Origin: Mayamaea pseudoterrestris
Taxonomy: Eukaryota
NCBI GenBank assembly: GCA_027923505.1
Contig: BROI01000005.1
Location: 992,001-1,056,000 of the forward strand
Reading direction: 5' to 3'
Length of the DNA stretch: 64,000 bases
Position 1 is the stretch's first letter, and each line of letters begins with the position of its first letter. Below are positions 53,740-64,000 of this stretch, one piece after another. The notes beneath the pieces were generated by a model, which had not been told where the DNA came from, did no database searches, and saw only the letters and a list, made by a program, of their open reading frames with translations. The position numbers and the translations under genes are program-made.

Positions 53740-55530
53740 ATGTCATCAAGTATGACATCCTTCAAGTCTTCCTTGGAGCTGCAAACGAAAAAGTCTAGCT
53801 CCCGCGACTTCGCCGGCTCCGTTCCAGACGCCATCTCGAATGCATCCGAGGCGCGCTACTGGTCGGAAAAGTTTGGATTAGGATCGATACAAGGAAAAAA
53901 GCCAACGTTTGCTCACTCTAGAAATGCGACATTGCAAGCAGGTTCAGCTGCCATGGTGCAGGACATTGTATGGGATACAGTGGGAGGCCAATCGATGGCT
54001 GTTGTTTGCGGCCCCCGCGTGCTTCTTTACGGAACGACGCCCCAGTCGTCATTGCAACGAACGCTGGCGAAACACACAATCAATAGCACGCAAACATCAG
54101 CAGTTACTCCAGATCGTCAAGTTCCAACAGGAGGCCACCTGGCTTTGACTGCCTCCTTTCGCAGCGACGGTCGGCTCTTGGCTGTTGGAACAGATCGCGG
54201 ATGCGTTCGCATTGCCGATGTTTCATCGCGGGCAACCCTTTGCACTTTCGCGCCCACTAATGTTCTCGGAATTCGCTCCATTCAGTGGTTTCGCAACGGC
54301 AAACATCTCATGGCGGCGGGAGACGATGGTGTTTTGCGCGTATGGGAATTGGCGCAGGGTGGATTGACGGGGACTAAGCCCATTTGTTCGCTTCGTGGAC
54401 ATGGCGATGCGATCCGGTCGGCTGTCTTGTGGCAGAAAGCAAATGATGAGGGAAAAAAGACGTTGCAGACTCTTAAATGGCCACATCAGTCGCTAGCAGC
54501 AACTGGTAGTTACGACATGACGGTGCGAGTTTGGTGCATGGACGATGTTGAAGAGGAGAACAAAAATTTGCTTGAGCGCTGTTTATCGGTTCTCTCGCAT
54601 GACGGTCCCGTGGAAGCCTTGCTGTTTTTGACAAGCACAAATGCCAAAGTTCCAGTTTGGTTACTGTCAGCGGGTGGAACCTACGTTAAAGTATGGAATC
54701 CGTTGACTGGTGCGTGCGTTGCAACTGTTCATGCGCAGCATCGCAAAACCATAACATCGTTGCTGGCTATGCCAAGGTTGAATGCTGAGCTAGGGACAAC
54801 GACTATGCGCGTCCTGACGGGCAGCGTTGATGGCTTGCTTCGCATTCATTCCTGGGACAGTTGCTCGGGTAGCCTTACGTTACTATACGGCATGAAATTG
54901 AACGATATTGCCATTACATCCTTAGCGTGCAACCCAGCTGCGGATCGACTGGCTATTGGCACGGCTTCGGGGACGGTACTTGTGAGGCAATCCGGACCGA
55001 ACATTGCGCAACACAAGCGACAACGCGAGCCACGGGCGGGTACGTTCGCCTTTTTCACCCGCGGCATGAACGCGGACTCGTCAGCCGCTGATTTCGTCGT
55101 TTCGACGGAAGTTAAGAAGCGAAAATTGAAAAATTACGATACATCGATTAAACAGTTTCGATACGGCGATGCACTTGATGAAGCTCTTGAATCTAGGATG
55201 CCACTGGCGGTTGTCACTGCGTTAGAAGAGCTTGGACGGCGTAGAGGGTTGACGATTGCTTTGTCGAATCGCGATGAGGAAAGTTTAGAACCAATCCTGT
55301 CGTTCACGGTTCGTTACATTACCCGTCCAAACTTTTCCTCCTTGCTGATTGGAGTTGCAGAAAAGCTCATCGATGTATACGCAGGCGTAACTGGACAATC
55401 TGAAAGGATTGACGAGTTGTTTGACAAACTTAAAATACAAGTCGAACATGAGTTGCGCGTACAGAAAAAGCTTTTGCGCATTGTTGGCCAGCTTGAGGCG
55501 ACAATGGTAATCTTAGGCGACGAAACCTAA
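53740..55530 (+). CDS. UTP15: U3 snoRNP protein Utp15 (WD40 plus C-terminal domain)
   Basis: FRSDGRLLA, TGSYD.TVRVW, H.GPVE, HRKTITSL, FRYGDALD, ALSNRDEESLEPIL. Confidence 0.9.
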   Translation: MSSSMTSFKSSLELQTKKSSSRDFAGSVPDAISNASEARYWSEKFGLGSIQGKKPTFAHSRNATLQAGSAAMVQDIVWDTVGGQSMAVVCGPRVLLYGTTPQSSLQRTLAKHTINSTQTSAVTPDRQVPTGGHLALTASFRSDGRLLAVGTDRGCVRIADVSSRATLCTFAPTNVLGIRSIQWFRNGKHLMAAGDDGVLRVWELAQGGLTGTKPICSLRGHGDAIRSAVLWQKANDEGKKTLQTLKWPHQSLAATGSYDMTVRVWCMDDVEEENKNLLERCLSVLSHDGPVEALLFLTSTNAKVPVWLLSAGGTYVKVWNPLTGACVATVHAQHRKTITSLLAMPRLNAELGTTTMRVLTGSVDGLLRIHSWDSCSGSLTLLYGMKLNDIAITSLACNPAADRLAIGTASGTVLVRQSGPNIAQHKRQREPRAGTFAFFTRGMNADSSAADFVVSTEVKKRKLKNYDTSIKQFRYGDALDEALESRMPLAVVTALEELGRRRGLTIALSNRDEESLEPILSFTVRYITRPNFSSLLIGVAEKLIDVYAGVTGQSERIDELFDKLKIQVEHELRVQKKLLRIVGQLEATMVILGDET

Positions 55531-55574
55531 ATACTTCCTATTGTAGCGTATAACTGTGTGATCAGCATAAAAAA

Positions 55575-58002
55575 CTAATATATAGCATGGCCGCTACTAG
55601 ACCTTTTAAGCTGCTCGTCTGAAAGGCTCGCAATTGATTCAGCTGTCGGAAAATGCCCGCACGTGATCAGATGCCGAACCGTCCCATTCCCGGTTCCTTT
55701 CAACCCACAAACAGCAGCAACAATTGCATGGATTCTGTTCCAGTAGACGTCTAACCACGGCGCATCAGCGACCAGCACTGACTCGTCATCTGGAGCTTTA
55801 GCATTCAGTCCGCCCATGGCTGCTCCGACTTTTTTTGCCCACTCAAAAACGGCTATTTCAATAGCTAGCACTACAGCAGCAACATTCATAATTTCAGGTG
55901 ACAGATGAGTTGCCATATCCTGTATGAAAGTTAATGCGAGCGCTCGAATGGAGTCGTCTATTGGAGCATTTGTCGTCGCATCAGTCATCCAAGCTGGACA
56001 GTTTGATTGCTGCTTAAAATCCGTATCTTCCGCACCATTCTCCACCACCGGTTGAATCTCAGAACGAGTTTTTAAATACCCCAACGAAAAAGCCTTTCGA
56101 TCGATCGTAGACAACGCCAGTTCCTTACTCTCATCCGCTTCAGTTGGGGGTATATCGAGTGGGCCAGACGATCGCAAGCAATCATCGACGGGGCTAAGCG
56201 ATCTTGCTACATGAGCTATGGCCCTGCTCTGCTTGACCTGGTCAGCAACACGCGTCTTTTCGACCTGATCACTGTCCACGTTGGTGTTGCCAACGAGTTG
56301 AGCTTCGTGGTCCCCCAAAAATGGCTTGGTGTCTATACTTGCACTAGCAATTAAGTCGGAGAATGGCTTGGCTTTCGGTACCTTGAAGCCAATTGGAACT
56401 TTTGCTTTCTTTTCGGCGTAGAGATCCTTCAACTCCTTTCCAATTCGTTTGATAGATATGAACAGAGCTTCATTCCCTGCCTCGCTAGTTGAATCCCGAA
56501 GCATCGATTTTGTTAGCTTGACTAAATCCGCAAAGTACGCTTCCAAGAAGGGTGCTGAACAATCTGCTACAACAGCGCTAGCCCGCTCGAAACATTCACT
56601 CAAAGTTACCAAATTTCTATGGTGGACGGCAGTTTCCCACTCAAAAACAAACATGCGATACATCCGTTCGCACCGCACGAACGAGCGCTTTTCCGCTTTG
56701 GCCGGCGACAATTCCTTTCTCGGTTTCTTCCTCGTTAGCTTTCTTGACTTCACAGGCATTTCCTTCGCCTCTTTGCCCTTTGCCTTCCCCTCATTTCTCT
56801 TTCCAGCTGGCTTTTCTACAAGGACAAGGTCAGTAGAGAGTTCCATCTCATCAAAACCACCATTCACAGCTCCGAGCCAACCAGAGTCATTCTCATTGTC
56901 TACGTCTTCAATGTCGCTATCTCCCAGCGCATATTGCAAATTTGCTTCGTCCTCATCGTCTGCGTCTCCGACAAAGTCATCCGTGTCCGTCTGGCTACCA
57001 GCAGGCATCATTGAATTGAGAGTCGGAGATTTGTCGCTGGTCTTTAGCACTGCTACCGGTAGTTTAGTTGGCTGCTTTTTTGCGATGATCATTTTTTTCC
57101 GCTTCTTCGCAAGAGGCTTCGTTGCGACCTTTCGATCAACGACTGGAGGACCATCATTGCTATCGCTCTCACTGCTACTTCCACTTTCAACGTCCAGCAA
57201 ATCCGTTTCCGACAACAAATCATATTCCTCTGGGAATGGCAATATTCGGCGGTGAATCTTATCGGTTGTCAGGTCGTCTTCTATTTCCTGCAAAGCCCTG
57301 AGATTGTACTCATCCATCTTGGTCAGCTTCTTTCCAGCTTCTTGCTTCTTTCGCGACTGGAGCAGCACAGGAAAGTAGTCCTTCTTTTCCTTGCCTTTCT
57401 CAAACGGTGTAAACTTGTCCTTGAGAATGAAGGAATACATCTGATTAATGTTTTGTTCACCGTAAAAGTAGATTAGGAATGGCAGTTCATCCAATCGACC
57501 CTGCTTCCGGAGCTGTCAATGGAATAAATTACATGTTGAGATAGTCATCAAGCTGTGACTGAATATCGACAGCACTGCTTTCACGCCGCCAGTTGCTCAC
57601 CTCAGAAAAAGATTTGTAAAACTTTCGTCTCACGTCAGAAGGAGGAATTTGGTAAGGGTTCAAGACAATGCAACTATACACTTTGCCAGACCATCTTGTG
57701 AAGCCAATTTCTCCAAACATGTCCTTCCACTGCTTCGGGCATTCAGACAAAATTGCTTCCTTTTTTGAATCGAATTCAGCCTTGACTTCATTGCGACTCT
57801 TTTTCAATCTTCGCTGCAATTTATCTTGCGAAGAAATTGACAGTCGTCGCTTCTTGCCGTGTGGGTGCGCGCGTGTGCTCGACGACGGCCGACGTCCGTT
57901 TCCATTTTTGCCATTCTTCATATTCTGAGCCGGCTTTTTCTCTTCCGCCTGTTCATTGCTACCGGTAGATTCATCAGCGGATGACATTGTAAGCAAGTCC
58001 AT
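55575..58002 (-). CDS. PWWP/Tudor-like chromatin protein with TFIIS-central-domain-like C-terminus, 2 exons (intron 57600-57513)
   Basis: FGEIGFTRW...VLNPYQIPP...|...LIYFYG...YSFI; C-terminal IEIAVFEW...YWNRIHAI...LITCG...LSDEQL. Confidence 0.6.
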
Positions 58003-58186
58003 GACTGCAGTGTTGCAATTTGGAGAAGAGGACGATGTCGAAATCTTGATGGCTTTGCTGGTGTGCGAATGGGTGATGGAAACGCAACGCTGCGCATGGC
58101 GCGCTGCAACTGACAAGGGTTAAAGATAGATTGATCTAGCTATTGCCATGCCACCCTGGAGGCTGCTAAATTAATTGTACGTTCAT

Positions 58187-58870
58187 TTACAGTGACTTAT
58201 CCATAGGCAAGCAGGCACTATTCGATCGAGACAAAGTCAACATCTCATATGCCTCCGAAAAGCTCTTGTACCCACGACACCGTTGCAAAGGCTCTATTCG
58301 AGCATCCATTTCCTTCTCGCGTAAAACATTCATTAGATGCTTGTGCTCAGGATTCAAAGCCTCCTCCCCTTCGAGAAGGAAGCGACGCTGGATTTCGGGA
58401 GGGATTTGACCAAGGCCGCGTCGCTCGCCCTCCTCGTAGGAAACAAGCTCAGCCGGAGGCACTAGCGCGTAGCAGTGATCCAAAGCGTCTGCCTTGTCGC
58501 CCATTTGTCGCGCGTCATATTGATACACCAGAAACGGCAGTTGATCAAGTTGTTTAGTCCGTTCCATCTGTCGATCAGTAGTCAACCTGAGCTGGTGATC
58601 TCGTTGAATGAGCGAGAACGCAACAAACACTATAATAAATCGCTTACCTCCACCAGCGTGTTCATCCACATGGTGCGAAGCTTCCCAGGTGGAACGCTGT
58701 ATGGGCTCACGACTAAGACTGTGTGCTCCTTGTAAAACCCCATGGCACCAAAGCTGTTTCTGTGAACCTCCGACAGCTTGGATAAAACCATTTCCTTCTC
58801 TCGGTTGAATAATTTTCTAGCCTCGACTTTTAAATGTTGTAGTGCAGCGAGATTATTGGCAAAAATCATA
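58187..58870 (-). CDS. PWWP-like paralog (short, divergent; 5' end uncertain), intron 58647-58568
   Basis: FGAMGFY...VVSPYSVPPG.LR..W|...LPFLVYQY...YALVP..ELVSYEEG. Confidence 0.5.
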
Positions 58871-58976
58871 CCGCCGCCGCTGCTGTTACTAACGGAAAGA
58901 CGCCATCGCTCTGCTTCAAATGCGAACGAAAATGGAATGAGGCGAGTTGAGCTACAGGTGAATTGGCAAATCAAAG

Positions 58977-60081
58977 TCACAAACATGAACACCATGACGC
59001 ACCATCCTCATTAGGTGCAACTTGTTGGCTGACAACAATTGCAGCCTTCGAATTGCAGTGCATTTGGCAGGGACCAATGCTTACGAATTGTTCTGCTGCA
59101 TTGAATTTTGATGACATCGTCGTAGGCTTGGGACAAATCACTGGGCAGTGACTAACAAATTTATTGGCCCCATTACTTGGATGATAACTATCGTGGTAGC
59201 TCTTTCTCCGCGCATAACGCTGAGGTTCTTGCTCGTCATCATCATCATCATCATCCTCGTCCTCTTCGTCCTCAACGTCGTCATTGTCTTCAAGTTTGCC
59301 CGTACGTTGTTCCTCCTCAGACGATGAATTCGTGTCATCGTCTATGTCATCAAGCGTCAATAATTCCCACACTTCTGGAAATCCAAGAACGCCCCGTCTT
59401 CTTTCTCCCGATGTTATACTCAAATCGTCGTTTACTTCCTTGAGCGCCAAGAGCTTATCTTGATCGCCCTTTGTAAGTTTTCTATCGTCCGCCGCCTTGA
59501 GCTGGGCAGCCTCATATGGCTTGAGCAGTCCCCGATCCAAACCTTCTTCGTACGTGACCAGATCCCTGGGAGCGACAAATCCATAATAGCTGCATTCTTC
59601 GCGAGCACCGTACCAGTACACAATGTGCGACATGTCCTCCAAAGATTCGTTTCTGCGACACTGCGTGGTAATGAAACAAGTGGGTTCAATGAGGAAACTT
59701 AACGACATATTCTTCAAGTCAACTCAATGTTTCTAATCGTACCCGTTCAAACTGCTCAATCCACTGATTCCGAACGTTTCCAGGTGGTACATCATATGGC
59801 TGAAGGCACAATGCAAGCCAATAAGCCTTTCCAAAACGAGCAAAGCAAATCTGCCCGAACATGTCGTTCAAATGCTTTGGTGCCGTCGATAAGACGCGGG
59901 CTTTAGCCTTGTAAAACTGTAGCTTCGTTTCTACCCTAGCCTCTTCAAGCTTTCGCATTCTTTCAATGTGATGGTCATGGCACGGTTTGACCCTTTTGGT
60001 TGCTGACGGAGTCGGTTGGCGCAGCAGCTGATGCTTGGGCGGTCGGCCGGGTCCTCGACGTTTCTTGGGCTTTTGGTCCAT
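58977..60081 (-). CDS. AT-hook plus PWWP-like protein with acidic tract, intron 59742-59661
   Basis: KKRRGPGRPPK; FGQICFARF...LQPYDVPPG.VR..W|...HIVYWYG...YGFVAP..LVTYEEG; poly-D/E tract. Confidence 0.6.
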
Positions 60082-60619
60082 TCTGTTATGATCAGATAAG
60101 ATCTGATGTTGGACAAATGGTACAAGAAACCAATGCTCCTATATACGTAGTCGCAAAGGTTGCCAGTGCAAGTTTGTGTATTGGACAGTCGACCTCTTCC
60201 AGTGTTGAAGCTGCTGCGACCAGATTCGTGACTCGAGTACCGATCCGACAGGAGCTACCGATCCCCGACCAGTCAGTTAATGTGAGTCTTCCCCGCACTC
60301 AATGCCAAGGCGATTATCGTGTCCGTAGCAATCGACCCAACACATGCGCTGTTGCAGTGTGAGTGACCTTTGCACACTTTTTTCCTAACTGTAAATGCGA
60401 TTTGCGCAACGTAACGACATCATAGAAAATATGGCTTCACGAACAGCAAGACAGAACATGCTTTAGTTTGTTCCGTTGCTTAAATGATATATAGCTTAGT
60501 ATACGGTTGTACACACAGAGTGGTTACTCACAGTCAGTGGTGGAGGCGATATTACCTATGTCACAAACATCGCATCTGGTGAATCGTAACCATTCTATTA
60601 TCACACGTACACGTAATCT

Positions 60620-61540
60620 TTACTTTGCCGCATTAGTGGCTTCCACTGCAGCTGTGCGGCGACCGCGAATTTTTTCGTTAAGTTGTGTTATGCGTCGTGT
60701 GATGCGCCGGGTCAATAGCAGCTCCTCGTTAGGCTGGCGAATCGTCAATTCACGAAACTTGTTGTTCGAAAACGACCCAATACCAAAAGCTGGTAGAATA
60801 CGAAGCCCACGAGCAAAGCACACTTTGCCAAATTCTTTCTTAATCTGGGTCATACGCTCCGTTGTTGTCGCGTCTGGTCGGTTGTAGACATCGAGAGCAG
60901 CAATGTGAACCGGTGCCGTGATGAACTGCGAGAACACGGGAATGGAGAGCGAGCAACCAATTTCGGCCAAGTGTCGGTTTACATCTTGCTCCACAACCAA
61001 GTACTCCGTCGCCTTGGGCGCAAAGTAGAAGGTGGCAGCCATTGTTGCGCAATCGCGAACGGCGAAGCCAGCTATAGTTCCCGCAGGAGTCGCTCGCTTG
61101 ACCGTACCTGGACCGGAAAACTCGCGGGCAAACACCGAGTCGCGCCATGCGAGGAGCCCAATGTTTGCACCAGATGCCGCAGAAACCTTGTACAACTTGC
61201 GCGTCTCCTCAGCTCGCACCTTGTAGAAATCCAGTGCAGCCTCGCTGAGGTTAGCCGTCGCGTAAGTTCCAAAGTAAACGAGGAAGGTTAACCGGAAGGA
61301 CAAGCCATTCAAAAACTGTTTGGGCTTCATAACCATTTCCTTACTCGCTTCGCCCATGGTTCTCATGAGCTGGGAGATGCCGGCGATTTCCTGAACGATC
61401 GCTTTGTCAATGATGGAAACCAACGGAGAGACGAGAAAACTTGCCGTGAATGCACAGGCTAGTTCTTTCGGAACTCTTGCGTAGGGTCCCTCAAGGAACT
61501 GATGAGTGAAGGGAGACGCATCAGCAAGATGAAAGGGCAT
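60620..61540 (-). CDS. Divergent mitochondrial-carrier-like membrane protein
   Basis: Hydrophobic helices with SPLVSIIDK and TAPVHIAALD proline motifs, ARGLRILPAFGIG. Confidence 0.55.
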   Translation of the reverse strand: MPFHLADASPFTHQFLEGPYARVPKELACAFTASFLVSPLVSIIDKAIVQEIAGISQLMRTMGEASKEMVMKPKQFLNGLSFRLTFLVYFGTYATANLSEAALDFYKVRAEETRKLYKVSAASGANIGLLAWRDSVFAREFSGPGTVKRATPAGTIAGFAVRDCATMAATFYFAPKATEYLVVEQDVNRHLAEIGCSLSIPVFSQFITAPVHIAALDVYNRPDATTTERMTQIKKEFGKVCFARGLRILPAFGIGSFSNNKFRELTIRQPNEELLLTRRITRRITQLNEKIRGRRTAAVEATNAAK

Positions 61541-62148
61541 GGTAAAGGTGGTGTTGGATCAACTTGAGTAAATTCTGTGTTAGCGAAAATGTTTTATGGA
61601 TGTGAGCGAACGAAGAGATTATTAATTGTCGATAAATTTCTTTGCAAAGCAACAAGACATCATGAGGTATGTTAAAAAGACACACCTGACTAGTTGGCCT
61701 CTGATGCGCGCAACAAGAGGTGCAGTATTGATTTCCAGTGAGAGTACTCGAAGTCGTGTCGAGGGTCGAGCGCCGCCGATGCAGGTACTGGAAAATGATG
61801 ATTAGGCCCGTAAAGGGAGAAGATTTCTGTAACTGCGTCCAACCCTGCAATAAACTTCAATCCTACTATATTCGCCGTTGTTTCTTCGACTCTCCGAAGG
61901 TGGCAATAGGCAATGGCAATAGGCCATGGTGAAGCTGTCGTCAGAATCGACCACGAATGTGCTCACTTCTTGGTCACGTCATCGTTCAAAACGTCACTGT
62001 CATGAAGAATGTCACATCACGACTGAAATATCATTGTCGACTCACCTCTGTTTCGTTCCATCGAATTGACCATCGACCATGATATGTTAGTCCCGTCAGC
62101 TCAATACAAGCAACGCCCTCCTACTCTGCTTACTTAAGTAGCTTACAC

Positions 62149-62835
62149 ATGTCAATCGAAGCTGCTCCCAAAGTGGATCGTTTGGTCTCGGACATCGTCA
62201 TCAGTGAGCAGGAAACCTTTCAACACCTTGCTGCGTTTCTGTGGATGACTCGCGCCAGTTGTACATCCACCGCTGACGAGTCGCATCATTTAGAAGATCT
62301 TTGTGCAATTGCCGAGTCACTAGCGTTTTCTGAAAGGGATAGCCAAGTTGTCCAGCAACTGCTTCGCAGCACAGGTTTGGACACGACGACACCCATTGTT
62401 TCGCCCATCAAGTTTGAACATTCTATTTTGTCGCAGACCAACCACTCGGTGCACGCGACAGCAGCTACGCCAGATATTTTACTTTCCACGCAGATACCAC
62501 TAAAGAGCAAAGTAGCAGCGATGTCGTCGAGTACTGGAAAGAAAGAATCTCGGTATGAGTTACCAAATGAGATGCAATACTCGCCCGAACAGATCGAGCT
62601 TGACGATTCATTTTTGAGAACGCAGTACACGTCGGTATCGAAGGACAAGGATGCATTGGAAAGTCCAAGTCTGGTTGACGCTTCGATGAAAGAAGAGCTG
62701 TTAGAAGATTGGATGTCTGCCAAGATTAAGGATGAGGCATCCATCTCGGCTGTCGAACAGTCTTTGTCAGAGGATGCAAAGAGAAAGGCTAGACATGGAG
62801 CGAAACAGTCGAGGAAGATGACCAAGAAAAAGTAA
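62149..62835 (+). CDS. Hypothetical protein
   Basis: 228-aa ATG-initiated ORF with basic C-terminus; no recognised motif. Confidence 0.45.
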   Translation: MSIEAAPKVDRLVSDIVISEQETFQHLAAFLWMTRASCTSTADESHHLEDLCAIAESLAFSERDSQVVQQLLRSTGLDTTTPIVSPIKFEHSILSQTNHSVHATAATPDILLSTQIPLKSKVAAMSSSTGKKESRYELPNEMQYSPEQIELDDSFLRTQYTSVSKDKDALESPSLVDASMKEELLEDWMSAKIKDEASISAVEQSLSEDAKRKARHGAKQSRKMTKKK

Positions 62836-63515
62836 AGGAAGAAGATTAAGAATGTCTTCGATTCGAAGCATTGTATTGCTTTGTAAAATAATGAACATCA
62901 TTGGTGGGTAGCTGGTAGCTGGGCAGGACATTCTACCGATACCTGCTTTATTGATTGTACACATCCGCTGGACCAGCTTGCTACTTGATGCCACATTCTC
63001 TACAATTTAATAAAACTACAGTGGAGTACAGTAGGTTCATTAACACAATGCTCCGACTGTTAAGTAAGTAAGTAAGTGACGGCTCTACATGTACTGATAT
63101 GATAGCTATGACCAGCTTGATATGTCGTGTGGCAATGAAGCACCCGGACGGACATGTCGGACGTGCTTGCGTGTGCATATATCCTTTCCAAGGAAGGGCG
63201 TATAGAATGCGGGAGGGCAACGGCCATCAAAGAGGGTATGCTACCTACCAAAGATACGAGAAAACCTAGTTAGGTAAGCCGATCTCGACGCACGTCCGGA
63301 CAAAGCGAGAGAATTAGCCCACCGTTTGATTGGGCAATATCGGAAAGAACATGACCATCTGCTCGATGACGCAAGCTATTTAACAGGATCAACAGAAGCC
63401 CCCAAACCGTTGCGCGAGGCGGATGGAACCCCCTCACATCTTTTTCCAAATTCCAGTTCTCATCGCATCAATCGCAGCTGCACCAAACACTTCGAGAAGT
63501 TTACCTTAACAAAAT

Positions 63516-64000
63516 ATGCTCTTTCGTATATCCGAGTCTTTGTTGCTCTTAAGCTTGTTAGTAAACAAGTCGGCTGGTTTTGTGGCGCTGCCAGTGCAGC
63601 AAGGACGATGCAACGCTGCACAAGCTCGTTCAGATCAGCAGCCATTCGTCACATTCTCAACACAAGTGTTTAATCAGCATTATAATCACGAAGACTCTGA
63701 AGAACAGAATGAGCTAGTCGATGATGCAAGCCAAGATTGGAGAGCATTTCGTGCCAAGCTCATTAACAGCGAACCAGAAATCTACAAGGAAGGTACCAGT
63801 CTCTCAGAGCGAGACACACCCAACCGCGACGCAGAGCAAATCTTTCACGACTGGCGATCATTCCGTGCCAAGCTTGTTCGAAGTGAGCCGCAAATGTACA
63901 AGGAAGATGGCCTTGATGAAGATATATATGATGACTGCGATCCAGCGACGGGTGACTGTGACTTAGATGGCATAGGAGAAGCATTCTTTGAAGATATTGC
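63516..64000 (+). CDS. Plastid-targeted protein, probably DUF179 (YqgE/AlgH) family; runs off the window end
   Basis: Open frame from ATG 63516: MLFRISESLLLLSLLVNKSAG-F..., with two copies of DWRxFRAKL, the N-terminal motif of algal/plant DUF179 proteins. Absent from the ORF track because it has no stop in the window. Confidence 0.6.
   Translation, partial: MLFRISESLLLLSLLVNKSAGFVALPVQQGRCNAAQARSDQQPFVTFSTQVFNQHYNHEDSEEQNELVDDASQDWRAFRAKLINSEPEIYKEGTSLSERDTPNRDAEQIFHDWRSFRAKLVRSEPQMYKEDGLDEDIYDDCDPATGDCDLDGIGEAFFEDI

Noticed and set aside
56449..57255. Long antisense ORFs (also 7395-8201, 10273-10950, 47407-47946, 62286-62825)
   Set aside because: They are shadows of coding sequence on the opposite strand, with the Ser/Phe/Leu-rich composition expected from antisense Glu/Asp/Lys codons.
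1..64000. tRNA, rRNA or snoRNA genes
   Set aside because: No cloverleaf or convincing paired C/D boxes found by eye; tRNAscan-SE and Infernal/Rfam would be needed to exclude them.

Overview
Compact, gene-dense eukaryotic nuclear DNA with short GT-AG introns (about 70-170 nt). Signal peptides followed by Phe (bipartite plastid presequences) and a Pro/Thr-rich surface protein point to a diatom or similar stramenopile alga; this assignment is inference. Most of the window is housekeeping genes: La, copine, UTP12, CSL4, PPP4R2, MRE11, an NDP-glucose 4,6-dehydratase, a RAD16-like helicase, an ACOT9-like thioesterase, RPN8, LOG, Pol kappa, RAD51C and UTP15. The standout accessory feature is a 3,757-bp IS630/Tc1/mariner-type DNA transposon (1706-5462) with identical 64-bp TIRs and a TA target duplication. 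It carries a DD38E transposase split by a 1-nt frameshift and a second, convergent, intact two-exon gene for an uncharacterised 579-aa Cys-rich protein. Other notable items: a three-exon MICOS Mic12/QIL1-like gene missed by the ORF track, a 42-bp minisatellite with a 168-bp higher-order duplication between two divergent genes, a bacterial-type CoaD, a large PqiA-domain membrane protein, a decayed triple-kinase pseudogene and three tandem PWWP-like modules sharing an intron position. All family calls come from motif recognition by eye; no database search was run.
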